NCBI GenBank assembly: GCA_964536865.1
Contig: CAZHYN010000010.1
Coordinates: 1 to 32,000, forward strand
Direction: 5' to 3'
Length of the DNA: 32,000 nucleotides
From: an uncultured Planctomycetia bacterium
Lineage (GTDB): Bacteria > Omnitrophota > Gorgyraeia > Duberdicusellales > 4484-171
The position numbers and the translations under genes were made by a program. How positions within the stretch are numbered: the stretch's first letter is position 1; each line of letters starts with the position of its first letter. The notes below the pieces were generated by a model that made no database searches, had not been told where the DNA came from, and saw only the letters and a list, made by a program, of their open reading frames with translations. This document shows, piece after piece, positions 6,396-13,154 of this stretch.

Positions 6396-6957
6396 GAAGA
6401 TAGCAAAGAAACTTTCTGAGATAGAAGATGTAAAGGCTGTTATCCTTTACGGCAGTCTTGCCAGAGACGAATATACATCGCGTTCTGATATTGACTTGTT
6501 CATACTTACTACCAAGAGCGAAACGCAGGATTTGATACATAATAAGATAATAGAGCTTGAGAATGAAACAGGAAGAAATATACAACCTACGATAAGAACT
6601 CTGAATGAATTACATAAGACGGATACAGGACTTCTGCAGAACATTTTCCAGGAAGGGAAAATTTTGTATCTTAGAGAACCATCTGATATACCCTCTGCAA
6701 TACTGCTTCAGCAGAAACCTTATCTCATTTATTCTTTTCAGATAAGCAGTCTGCCACAGAAAGACAAAGCGAGGTTCAACAGACAACTTTATGAACAGAG
6801 AAGAAAAGAATACAAATATAATGGTCTACTGCAGGAAATAGGTGGCAGGAGACTTTCGTCAGGCTGTGTAATGATTCCTTATGAACATAAAGAAAGAATA
6901 GAGAAGTTTTTCAGGAAATTCAGGGTTAAATTCGAGCAATTAAAAGTGTGGAGATAA
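6379..6957 (+). CDS. Minimal nucleotidyltransferase (MNT/MntA-like) with an ~85-aa C-terminal extension
   Basis: 'VILYGSLARDEYTSRSDIDLFILT' matches the GS-x9/10-(D/E)xD nucleotidyltransferase motif. Residues ~105-192 form an extra domain of alternating beta/alpha character that I cannot assign. Confidence 0.8.
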   Translation: MKRILKKIAKKLSEIEDVKAVILYGSLARDEYTSRSDIDLFILTTKSETQDLIHNKIIELENETGRNIQPTIRTLNELHKTDTGLLQNIFQEGKILYLREPSDIPSAILLQQKPYLIYSFQISSLPQKDKARFNRQLYEQRRKEYKYNGLLQEIGGRRLSSGCVMIPYEHKERIEKFFRKFRVKFEQLKVWR

Positions 6958-7096
6958 TTCATCTTTAAATGGCTTCCAGCACTGATATTGGGCTCAGATT
7001 GTTCATATAACCCGAACGAAAAGTTCACAGATTACCAACAGTTTGTTTGCAGAAAAAGTTTTTAAAAGGTTGAGGATTTTTGCTCGGTCAAGTCCG

Positions 7097-7159
7097 CACC
7101 TCACTTTCAGCATCACAAAGCTTAAATCTCTCACCACCCCAGAGAGCCTCTGTGCTCGG
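7097..7159 (+). repeat. 63-nt intergenic repeat, copy 2
   Basis: 60/63 identical to 1921-1983. It is followed by the hairpin TCCCGAC-ctatt-GTCGGGA (7165-7183), the palindrome TCTGCGCGCAGA (7191-7202) and a tail 'ttcccccctaaaa' like that of copy 1. Confidence 0.9.
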
Positions 7160-7233
7160 ATTTCTCCCGACCTATTGTCGGGATCCATTGTCTGCGCGCA
7201 GAGCCAATTTATTCCCCCCTAAAATAATTTTTG

Positions 7234-7262
7234 TAGACAAAAAGTGTAAAAAGAGGTAAAAT
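7234..7262 (+). promoter_or_regulatory. Promoter of the HTH gene (TAGACA-17 nt-TAAAAT)
   Basis: TAGACA at 7234-7239 and TAAAAT at 7257-7262. Only 10 nt separate the -10 from ATG 7273 and there is no Shine-Dalgarno. Confidence 0.5.
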
Positions 7263-7272
7263 CACAAAGCCT

Positions 7273-7458
7273 ATGAAAGATAAACGCTATAATATGAGAG
7301 AGGCAGCAAAGGAGTTAGGTGTTACGCGCCAGACTCTTTATTATTGGTTTAAGAAAGGGTGGATAAGGCCTAAAAGGGATTACAGGAATTATCCGGTATT
7401 TACTAAAGAAGATATTAAGAGTATTAAAGATTGGCGAGAAAGGTTAAAGGAGGGATGA
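7273..7458 (+). CDS. Small excisionase/MerR-type helix-turn-helix DNA-binding protein
   Basis: 61 aa. 'NMREAAKELGVTRQTLYYWFKKGWIRPKRD..NYPVFTKEDI' is the typical HTH_17/excisionase-family pattern. Confidence 0.7.
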   Translation: MKDKRYNMREAAKELGVTRQTLYYWFKKGWIRPKRDYRNYPVFTKEDIKSIKDWRERLKEG

Positions 7459-7465
7459 GTTATTT

Positions 7466-7591
7466 ACAAATTTCAAATTTCAAATTACAAATTACAAATT
7501 ACAAATTACAAATTACAAATTACAGATTACAGATTACAAATTACAAATTACAGATTACAGATTACAGATTACAAATTACAGATTTCAGATT
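7466..7591 (+). repeat. Heptanucleotide tandem array 1: 18 units of ACAAATT/ACAGATT, with TCAAATT/TCAGATT variants
   Basis: Unit-by-unit count with K=acaaatt, R=acagatt, F=tcaaatt, f=tcagatt gives K F F K K K K K R R K K R R R K R f. Confidence 0.95.
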
Positions 7592-7625
7592 AAATTTGAA
7601 ATTTGTAATTGGCTAATCTGTAATT
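7592..7625 (-). repeat. Inverted-orientation heptamer units closing array 1
   Basis: aaatttgaaatttgtaa (7592-7608) is the exact reverse complement of ttacaaatttcaaattt (7464-7480). aatctgtaatt (7615-7625) is the reverse complement of aattacagatt. Confidence 0.8.
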
Positions 7626-7641
7626 AATTGAAAGGCAAGCT

Positions 7642-8097
7642 ATGGCCACTTATAATTCTTTTGAGGACTTACCTGTATGGAGAAGCGCTAAAGATTTGGC
7701 TATTTTGATTTATAGAGTTACTTCGCAAGGTAAAATAAGTAGGGATTATGGATTGAAAGACCAAATTCAAAGGGCAGCGGTTTCAGTGTCAAGTAACATT
7801 GCTGAGGGGTTTGAGCGAGGCACAAAGCAGGAATTTATTCAGTTTTTATATATTGCCAGAGGCTCCTGTGGAGAGTTACGCTCTCAGCTCTATATTGCTA
7901 AAGAGATTGGCTATTTAAATGGTGAAGAATTTAGAAAATTATGTGAGGCTACCAGAAAAGTATCTAAACAGATAAATGGATTTATTGAATATTTGAAAGG
8001 AGCCAAAATTTTAGGGCAGAAGTTTTTTGACAAGAAGTTTAGAAGTCAGAGGGAATTTTTGAAAAAGTTGAAAGAGATAAGAAATAAAAATAGATAA
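7642..8097 (+). CDS. Four-helix-bundle protein (23S rRNA intervening-sequence protein / Avd-like family)
   Basis: 'FEDLPVWRSAKDLAILIYRVT...DYGLKDQIQRAAVSVSSNIAEGFERGTKQEFIQFLYIARGSCGELRSQLYIAKEIGYL' matches the characteristic pattern of this family (PF05635/TIGR02436). Confidence 0.88.
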   Translation: MATYNSFEDLPVWRSAKDLAILIYRVTSQGKISRDYGLKDQIQRAAVSVSSNIAEGFERGTKQEFIQFLYIARGSCGELRSQLYIAKEIGYLNGEEFRKLCEATRKVSKQINGFIEYLKGAKILGQKFFDKKFRSQREFLKKLKEIRNKNR

Positions 8098-8099
8098 TT

Positions 8100-8148
8100 A
8101 CAAATTACAAATTACAAATTACAGATTACAGATTTCAGATTACAGATT
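8100..8148 (+). repeat. Heptanucleotide tandem array 2: 7 units (K K K R R f R)
   Basis: Starts 2 nt after the stop of the four-helix-bundle gene and ends 4 nt before the miaB ATG. Confidence 0.95.
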
Positions 8149-8152
8149 AAAT

Positions 8153-9298
8153 ATGAAATTGTATATTAAAACATTCGGCTGTCAGATGAATGATCGGGAT
8201 TCCGAAGCTTTGGCAGGGTTATTTCTTGAAAAGGGGTGGTCATTAACAGTTGAGCCTAAAGATGCGGATGTGATTTTAGTTAATACCTGTTCAGTCAGAG
8301 AGCATGCCGAGAATAGGGCAATATCTTTTCTGGGTTCATTAAAGAAAATTACAGATTACAGATTACAAATTACAAATTACAGATTACAGATTACAGATTG
8401 TAAGAGGATTATTGGTCTTATTGGCTGTATGGCTCGTAACAGAGGCAAGGAGTTATTTAAGAAGATGAATCATATCGATTTAGTCTGTGGTCCTGGCTCT
8501 TTTGATAAAATCTTTGAGTATGTAGATAAAATTAAGAAGGAAAGGATTCGAATAATAGATTTAGAGGACCGGGTTCGTAATGAAGATTTCTATCGCGCTA
8601 CTTTTAGAGTCGATGCTTACCATGCGCAAGTAGTAATCTCTACTGGTTGCTCAAACTACTGCTCTTACTGTATAGTGCCTTTCGTTAGAGGAAATTTGCG
8701 TCTTCGCCATCCTGAGGATATAATAAGAGAGATAGAAAAAAACTTATCATTGGGAATAAGAAGAATTACCTTATTGGGGCAGAATGTTAACGACTATAAT
8801 TACGCTGGTACTGATTTTGTGAAGCTTCTGGAGAAGATAACCAAGATTGAGGGGCTTAAAGAGATAGATTTTGTTACTAGCCATCCTAAGAATACATCAA
8901 AAGAGTTATTCTATCTTATGGCAAGTTCACCAAAAATTAGAAAGCATCTCCATCTTCCCTTTCAATCCGGTTCAAATAGGATTTTAGCCCTTATGAATCG
9001 AGGTTATACTCGAGAATTCTATCTTAATTTAGTAAAAGATTATAAAAAGATTGTGAAAGGTTCATTAAGTACAGATGTTATAGTAGGATTTCCTTATGAA
9101 GATGAAGAAGATTTTAACTTTACCAAGCAGATCTTAGAGGAAGTCAGATTTAGGTACGCTTATATCTTTAAGTACTCCCCTCGTCCTAATACTAAGGCTT
9201 ATTTATTAGGTGATAATATCCCTAAAAGAGAAAAAGAAAGGAGACACGCGATTTTACTTACCCTTCAGAAAGAGATAAGCAAAACCTATGATAATTAG
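8153..9298 (+). CDS. miaB: MiaB-type radical-SAM methylthiotransferase with an in-frame heptamer-array insert and no TRAM domain
   Basis: 'MKLYIKTFGCQMNDRDSE' is the MTTase N-domain. Radical-SAM CxxxCxxC occurs in 'GCSNYCSYCIVP'. The protein ends at 'LQKEISKTYDN', where family members continue into a ~65-aa TRAM domain. miaA lies 750 nt downstream. Confidence 0.8.
   Translation: MKLYIKTFGCQMNDRDSEALAGLFLEKGWSLTVEPKDADVILVNTCSVREHAENRAISFLGSLKKITDYRLQITNYRLQITDCKRIIGLIGCMARNRGKELFKKMNHIDLVCGPGSFDKIFEYVDKIKKERIRIIDLEDRVRNEDFYRATFRVDAYHAQVVISTGCSNYCSYCIVPFVRGNLRLRHPEDIIREIEKNLSLGIRRITLLGQNVNDYNYAGTDFVKLLEKITKIEGLKEIDFVTSHPKNTSKELFYLMASSPKIRKHLHLPFQSGSNRILALMNRGYTREFYLNLVKDYKKIVKGSLSTDVIVGFPYEDEEDFNFTKQILEEVRFRYAYIFKYSPRPNTKAYLLGDNIPKREKERRHAILLTLQKEISKTYDN
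8351..8399 (+). repeat. Heptanucleotide tandem array 3: 7 units (R R K K R R R) inside the miaB reading frame
   Basis: Encodes 'TDYRLQITNYRLQITD'. Coordinates 8346-8399 are identical over 54 nt to 7517-7570 of array 1. Confidence 0.95.
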
Positions 9299-10028
9299 GA
9301 TTTTTGTTTTTGGAATATTTCTTTTATTTACCCTGCCAGTTTTTGCTCAATCCTCCTTAGAAGAAGCCTATAAATCTTATCTTTTAGGTGATTGGAGTAA
9401 CTCCTTATTTGAGGGGTTAGAGATAGAAAGAAATTCCTCTAATCCCCAAATCTTCTATCTCCTGGGGATGAATTATCTTAAGTTGGAAGATTTCCCTAGA
9501 GCAAGAGATTATTTCCGTAAAGTTATTAAGAATTTTCCTCAATCTGAGCTGTATGAATCTTCGTTTATCAAGTTAGGCGATGCCTACTTCTTAGAAGGTA
9601 ATTTTGATAAAGCTACCCTTACCTATAACTATGTTTTGAAGAATTTCTCTTCCACTCAATTTAAACCCCTTATCTATCTTCGCTTAGCTCAAAGTTATGC
9701 CAAACAGGGATTATGGAGAAAAGAGAAGGAATACATAGGTAAGATAAAGAGAGAATATCCGGAAAGTGTGGAAAAAAAGTATGCTGAGATTTTAGAGAAG
9801 AGGGGATTTTTCTTTACTATTCAAGTGGGTGCTTTTTCTCATAAGAAAAATGCTCTTAGGGTTGTAAAAAGGTTAAAGAAGCGTTACCCTGTTTATTTAG
9901 TGAAAGAAAGATTTGGCGACCTTCTTCTCTATAAAGTTAGGGTGGGAAAATTCAAAGAGAGAAAGCGTGCGGAAGATATTGCCTCTTCTCTAATAGATAA
10001 AGGATACCCTGCCCGAATATATCCTTAA
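9288..10028 (+). CDS. Secreted TPR-like protein with a C-terminal SPOR peptidoglycan-binding domain
   Basis: Signal peptide 'IFVFGIFLLFTLPVFAQS' and TPR-like helices. The C-terminus 'FTIQVGAFSHKKNALRVVKRLKK..YPVYLV....LYKVRVGKFKERKRAEDIASSL' is SPOR-like. Confidence 0.75.
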   Translation: MIIRIFVFGIFLLFTLPVFAQSSLEEAYKSYLLGDWSNSLFEGLEIERNSSNPQIFYLLGMNYLKLEDFPRARDYFRKVIKNFPQSELYESSFIKLGDAYFLEGNFDKATLTYNYVLKNFSSTQFKPLIYLRLAQSYAKQGLWRKEKEYIGKIKREYPESVEKKYAEILEKRGFFFTIQVGAFSHKKNALRVVKRLKKRYPVYLVKERFGDLLLYKVRVGKFKERKRAEDIASSLIDKGYPARIYP

Positions 10029-10043
10029 ATGTGACTCTATAGG

Positions 10044-10970
10044 ATGATGAGTAAGATAATTTTCATTGTAGGACCCACTGCTACTGGTAAAACTCAAGTA
10101 GGTTTTCTTTTAGCTAAAAAGATAGGAGGCCAGATTATTTCTTGTGATTCTGCTCTCATTTATCGAGAACCCAAGATAATTACTTCTAAACCACCTTCTT
10201 ACATGCTTAAGGAGATACCCCATCACTTTGTGGATATAATTTCGGTAGAGACTAGCTACGATGTATTTACTTATTATCTCCAGGCAAGGGAAGTAATTAA
10301 GAATTTATGGAACAGAGGAGTTCCTATAGTTGTTTGTGGAGGAAGCGGTCTTTATTTTCAGGCTATTTTAGATGGAATTTTTGAGGGAGCAGGGAGCAGT
10401 TTCCCTTTAAGAGAGAAGTTACGTAAAGAGGCGGAGCTAAAAGGTAATCTTTATCTTTACAATAAACTGAAAGAAGTAGATTCTCAGGCAGCAGAAAGAA
10501 TTTCTCCCAATGATTTAAAGAGAATCATAAGAGCATTAGAAGTTTACTATACTAGCGGTGAACCTATTTCCCAGAGACAAAAGAAGCGGTGGGGAATTTG
10601 GGGGAGGTATCCAGTAAAGATATTTGGCTTTTTCTTAAGGAGAAATCTACTCTATGAAGTTATAAATCAGCGGACAGAAGAAATGTTTAAGAAAGGAGCA
10701 GTTAAAGAAGTAAGTGAGCTCATTAAACTGAATCTCTCTATTACGGCTAGGAAGATTATAGGGATAAAGGAAATAAAAGCATTTTTGGAGGGGAAATCTA
10801 GTTTAGATGAGGCCAAGGAGACGATGAAGAGAAATACCCGCCGTTTTGCTAAGAGACAGTTTACTTGGTTTAATAGAGAAGAAAGGTTAGAATGGATAGA
10901 TATAGAAGGTAAAACTTCCTCGTATTTGGTGGAGTATATTTTAAGAAATGTACGAAACTCAAAAAACTGA
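10044..10970 (+). CDS. miaA: tRNA dimethylallyltransferase
   Basis: P-loop 'IVGPTATGKT', 'ISCDSALIY', 'HHFVDI', and the C-terminal 'RRFAKRQFTWF' motif. Confidence 0.92.
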   Translation: MMSKIIFIVGPTATGKTQVGFLLAKKIGGQIISCDSALIYREPKIITSKPPSYMLKEIPHHFVDIISVETSYDVFTYYLQAREVIKNLWNRGVPIVVCGGSGLYFQAILDGIFEGAGSSFPLREKLRKEAELKGNLYLYNKLKEVDSQAAERISPNDLKRIIRALEVYYTSGEPISQRQKKRWGIWGRYPVKIFGFFLRRNLLYEVINQRTEEMFKKGAVKEVSELIKLNLSITARKIIGIKEIKAFLEGKSSLDEAKETMKRNTRRFAKRQFTWFNREERLEWIDIEGKTSSYLVEYILRNVRNSKN

Positions 10971-12252
10971 GAGAGCTCTTCTGGTAATAGTAGAGGTTGA
11001 AGGAGAAAGACAGCCTTGGTCTTTTCAAGAGTTAGCTGAGGAACTCAAGAACTTAGTTATCTCTACAGGTATAGAGGCAGGAGATCTTATATTTGTAAAG
11101 CGGAAGGAGATTAATCCATCTCTCTACATTGGGAGAGGTAAGGCTTTAGAGTTAGCTAAAATTGCCCAGCAGAAGAGTGTGGATGTTATTATTTTCAATA
11201 ATAACTTAAGCTTTACCCAACAGAGAAATTTAGAGGAGATAATAGGGATTAAAACTATCGATCGTACCCAATTGATTTTAGATATATTTGCCCGCCATGC
11301 TCATACTCAAGAAGGAGCGTTACAAGTAGAACTTGCCCAGCTAGAATATCTTTTACCCCGTCTTAAAGGTAAAGGAATAATGCTTTCTCGTTTAGGAGGA
11401 GGGATTGGTACCCGTGGACCGGGAGAAAAAAAATTGGAGGTAGATAGAAGGCGTATCTCTGACAGAATCACAAAATTAAAAAAAGACCTAGATCATTTAA
11501 AGAGTCATCGCCAACTTCTTCGAAAAAAACGAGAGAAAGAGAAGATTCCTATCTGTTCCTTAGTGGGATATACTAATGCAGGCAAAACCACTCTCTTAAA
11601 TGTACTAACAGGAGAACATCAAAAAACTTCTTCCTATCTTTTTACTACTTTAGATCCTATAAGCAGAACTCTTCATTTAGAAGGTAATCTTAAAGCAATA
11701 GTTACCGATACTGTAGGTTTTCTTTATAAATTACCTCCCAACCTTATCGAAGCTTTCAAAGCTACGTTAGAGGAACTTCGCTATGCTCATCTTCTTCTTC
11801 ACATAGTAGATGGAAGCAATAAAAACTATACTAAATTGATTGATGCCGTTAATACCATCTTAAAGGATTTATCTCTTCTAGATAAAAATACCATTTTAGT
11901 TTTTAATAAAATAGACAAGCTCACTGAGGAAGAATTAGAGATCCTAAAGAATAAATTTCCTGAGGCAATATTTATCTCTGCCTTAAAGAAATTAAATTTA
12001 GATTCTCTCCTTAAAAGGGTTGAGAAGGTTCTTTTTGGGGAGACAATAAAGATAAGTTTAAATATCCCCTTAGAAAACTTAGACCTTTTAAATTGGATTT
12101 ATGAGCATACCCAGGTTATAAGCACTCACTATCACCAAGATGGGGCAGAAGTAGTAGTTCGGATAAAGGAGGGATTTCTCCCCTTTTTGAATAAAGAAGG
12201 AGCTTTTTTGAAAAAATCTAATAATTTCAACAAAAAACAAAAATTTTTTTAA
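10948..12252 (+). CDS. hflX: GTPase HflX
   Basis: HflX N-domain ('IFARHAHTQEGALQVELAQLEYLLPRL...GGGIGTRGPGEKKLEVDRR'). G motifs 'GYTNAGKTT', 'DTVGF', 'NKID'. Overlaps miaA by 23 nt. Confidence 0.92.
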   Translation: MYETQKTERALLVIVEVEGERQPWSFQELAEELKNLVISTGIEAGDLIFVKRKEINPSLYIGRGKALELAKIAQQKSVDVIIFNNNLSFTQQRNLEEIIGIKTIDRTQLILDIFARHAHTQEGALQVELAQLEYLLPRLKGKGIMLSRLGGGIGTRGPGEKKLEVDRRRISDRITKLKKDLDHLKSHRQLLRKKREKEKIPICSLVGYTNAGKTTLLNVLTGEHQKTSSYLFTTLDPISRTLHLEGNLKAIVTDTVGFLYKLPPNLIEAFKATLEELRYAHLLLHIVDGSNKNYTKLIDAVNTILKDLSLLDKNTILVFNKIDKLTEEELEILKNKFPEAIFISALKKLNLDSLLKRVEKVLFGETIKISLNIPLENLDLLNWIYEHTQVISTHYHQDGAEVVVRIKEGFLPFLNKEGAFLKKSNNFNKKQKFF

Positions 12253-12282
12253 GAAAAAAATAAAAAAATTTTTAAAAAATAC

Positions 12283-12311
12283 TTGACAAAATTTTGGTTT
12301 TATGTTATATA
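12283..12311 (+). promoter_or_regulatory. Promoter of the MerR-like gene (TTGACA-17 nt-TATATA)
   Basis: TTGACA at 12283-12288 and TATATA at 12306-12311. ATG 12321 follows 9 nt later. Confidence 0.55.
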
Positions 12312-12320
12312 AAAATCGGA

Positions 12321-12626
12321 ATGAAGAGAGAGAAAAGAGAATACCCAAGTTGGGAAGAGTTAGAAGAGTTATTAGACATAGAAATCCCTGAGGATGAGCC
12401 TCTTTATCCTTTGAATATTGTTTGTAAGCTTTTGAAAATGCATTCTTGGACAGTTAATGAGGTCATTAGAGAAGGTCTTATAAAGCCCAAGAAAGTAGGG
12501 AAAAGAAAGAAACTTTTCTCTTACCAGGATATAAAACGTCTTAAATATGTAAAGTATCTTATGGAGGTAAAGGGAGTGAATATTAAGGGAGTTAAAGTGA
12601 TCTTTGAGATAAGAAAAGAAATTTAA
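12321..12626 (+). CDS. MerR-family (HspR-like) transcriptional regulator
   Basis: The track start 12294 is a TTG inside the promoter, so ATG 12321 is preferred. The HTH 'YPLNIVCKLLKMHSWTVNEVIREGLIKPKK...LFSYQDIKRLKYVKYLM' and its position directly upstream of hsp20 support the call. Confidence 0.7.
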   Translation: MKREKREYPSWEELEELLDIEIPEDEPLYPLNIVCKLLKMHSWTVNEVIREGLIKPKKVGKRKKLFSYQDIKRLKYVKYLMEVKGVNIKGVKVIFEIRKEI

Positions 12627-12643
12627 TTTTTTTTCTTGTTTTC

Positions 12644-12670
12644 TTAGCAGATACGCTTAGGGAGTGCTAA
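12644..12670. promoter_or_regulatory. CIRCE-like inverted repeat upstream of hsp20 (TTAGCAgaT-N9-GAGTGCTAA)
   Basis: The right arm is perfect and the left arm matches 7/9 of the consensus TTAGCACTC-N9-GAGTGCTAA. Confidence 0.65.
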
Positions 12671-12702
12671 CTAAGGAAGCTAAAAAGAAGGGAGGTGAGA
12701 CT

Positions 12703-13146
12703 ATGAAGCTAGTAAGATACAGAAAGGATCCTTGGAAGGCTCTGGAGGATTTACAGAATGAGATTAACAGGTTATTTGATTTCTCCTTTGCTAAATTGCC
12801 TACCTTAAGAGAAGAGGTATTAGCACCCTCGGTAGATATCTATGAGGATAAAGATAACATCTATGTAGAGAGCGATCTCCCAGGATTTGAGCAGAAAGAT
12901 ATAAATATCTCTTTAAAGGGAAATACTCTCACTATTTCTGCCCAAAGAGAGGAGAAAAGAGAGGAGAAAAAGAGAGATTACTATCACTGTGAGCGTTTCC
13001 AAGGAAAGTTCTACAGAGAATTAGACTTGCCTACAACTGTGGAGACAGATAAAATAAAAGCTAATTACAAGAATGGAGTTCTAAAGATCACTCTTCCTAA
13101 GAAAGAGGAAGAGAAAGATAAGGAGATTAAGATCAATGTGGAATAG
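12703..13146 (+). CDS. Small heat-shock protein (Hsp20/alpha-crystallin family)
   Basis: ATG 12703 lies 7 nt after GGAGGTGA; the track start 12664 is a GTG inside the CIRCE arm. Alpha-crystallin core 'PSVDIYEDKDNIYVESDLPGF...RFQGKFYRELDLP......A.YKNGVLKITLPK'. Confidence 0.9.
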   Translation: MKLVRYRKDPWKALEDLQNEINRLFDFSFAKLPTLREEVLAPSVDIYEDKDNIYVESDLPGFEQKDINISLKGNTLTISAQREEKREEKKRDYYHCERFQGKFYRELDLPTTVETDKIKANYKNGVLKITLPKKEEEKDKEIKINVE

Positions 13147-13154
13147 AGAAGAAA

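Noticed and set aside
6994-7033. Solitary tcagatt (6994-7000) and acagatt (7027-7033) heptamers as additional members of the repeat family
   Set aside because: Single 7-mers are expected by chance a few times in 32 kb of AT-rich sequence. They are not tandem, so they are not counted.
1921-7159. Diversity-generating retroelement (TR/VR pair) idea. All three mismatches between the 63-nt repeat copies are A (copy 1) versus G (copy 2) on the minus strand, and an Avd-like gene lies about 480 nt from copy 2.
   Set aside because: No reverse transcriptase ORF exists in the window. The repeat does not lie at the 3' end of a credible target gene; the minus-strand ORF 7003-7188 has no support. Only 3 of the many adenines differ and all three changes are plain transitions. 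Worth re-examining only if an RT is found elsewhere on the contig.
7431-7616. 61-aa ORF 'MARKVKGGMSYLQISNFKLQITNYKLQITNY...'
   Set aside because: It is simply the translation of the heptanucleotide array (7 nt x 3 = 21 nt gives a 7-aa periodic peptide). It overlaps the end of the HTH gene and has no independent start signals.
7592-7616. A second pseudo-copy of the miaB start (aaatTTGaaatttgtaattggc versus aaatATGaaattgtatatt at 8149)
   Set aside because: Similarity is only about 12 nt of low-complexity sequence. The segment is better explained as inverted heptamer units, being the exact reverse complement of 7464-7480.
7466-8399. CRISPR array interpretation of the repeated ACARATT blocks
   Set aside because: The units are 7 nt long and directly tandem with no spacers, and there are no cas genes. 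This is a microsatellite, not a CRISPR array.
12241-12282. Long A/T homopolymer-rich tract after hflX as an intrinsic terminator
   Set aside because: No GC-rich stem precedes the T-runs. It looks like AT-rich spacer or UP-element-like DNA upstream of the MerR-like promoter.
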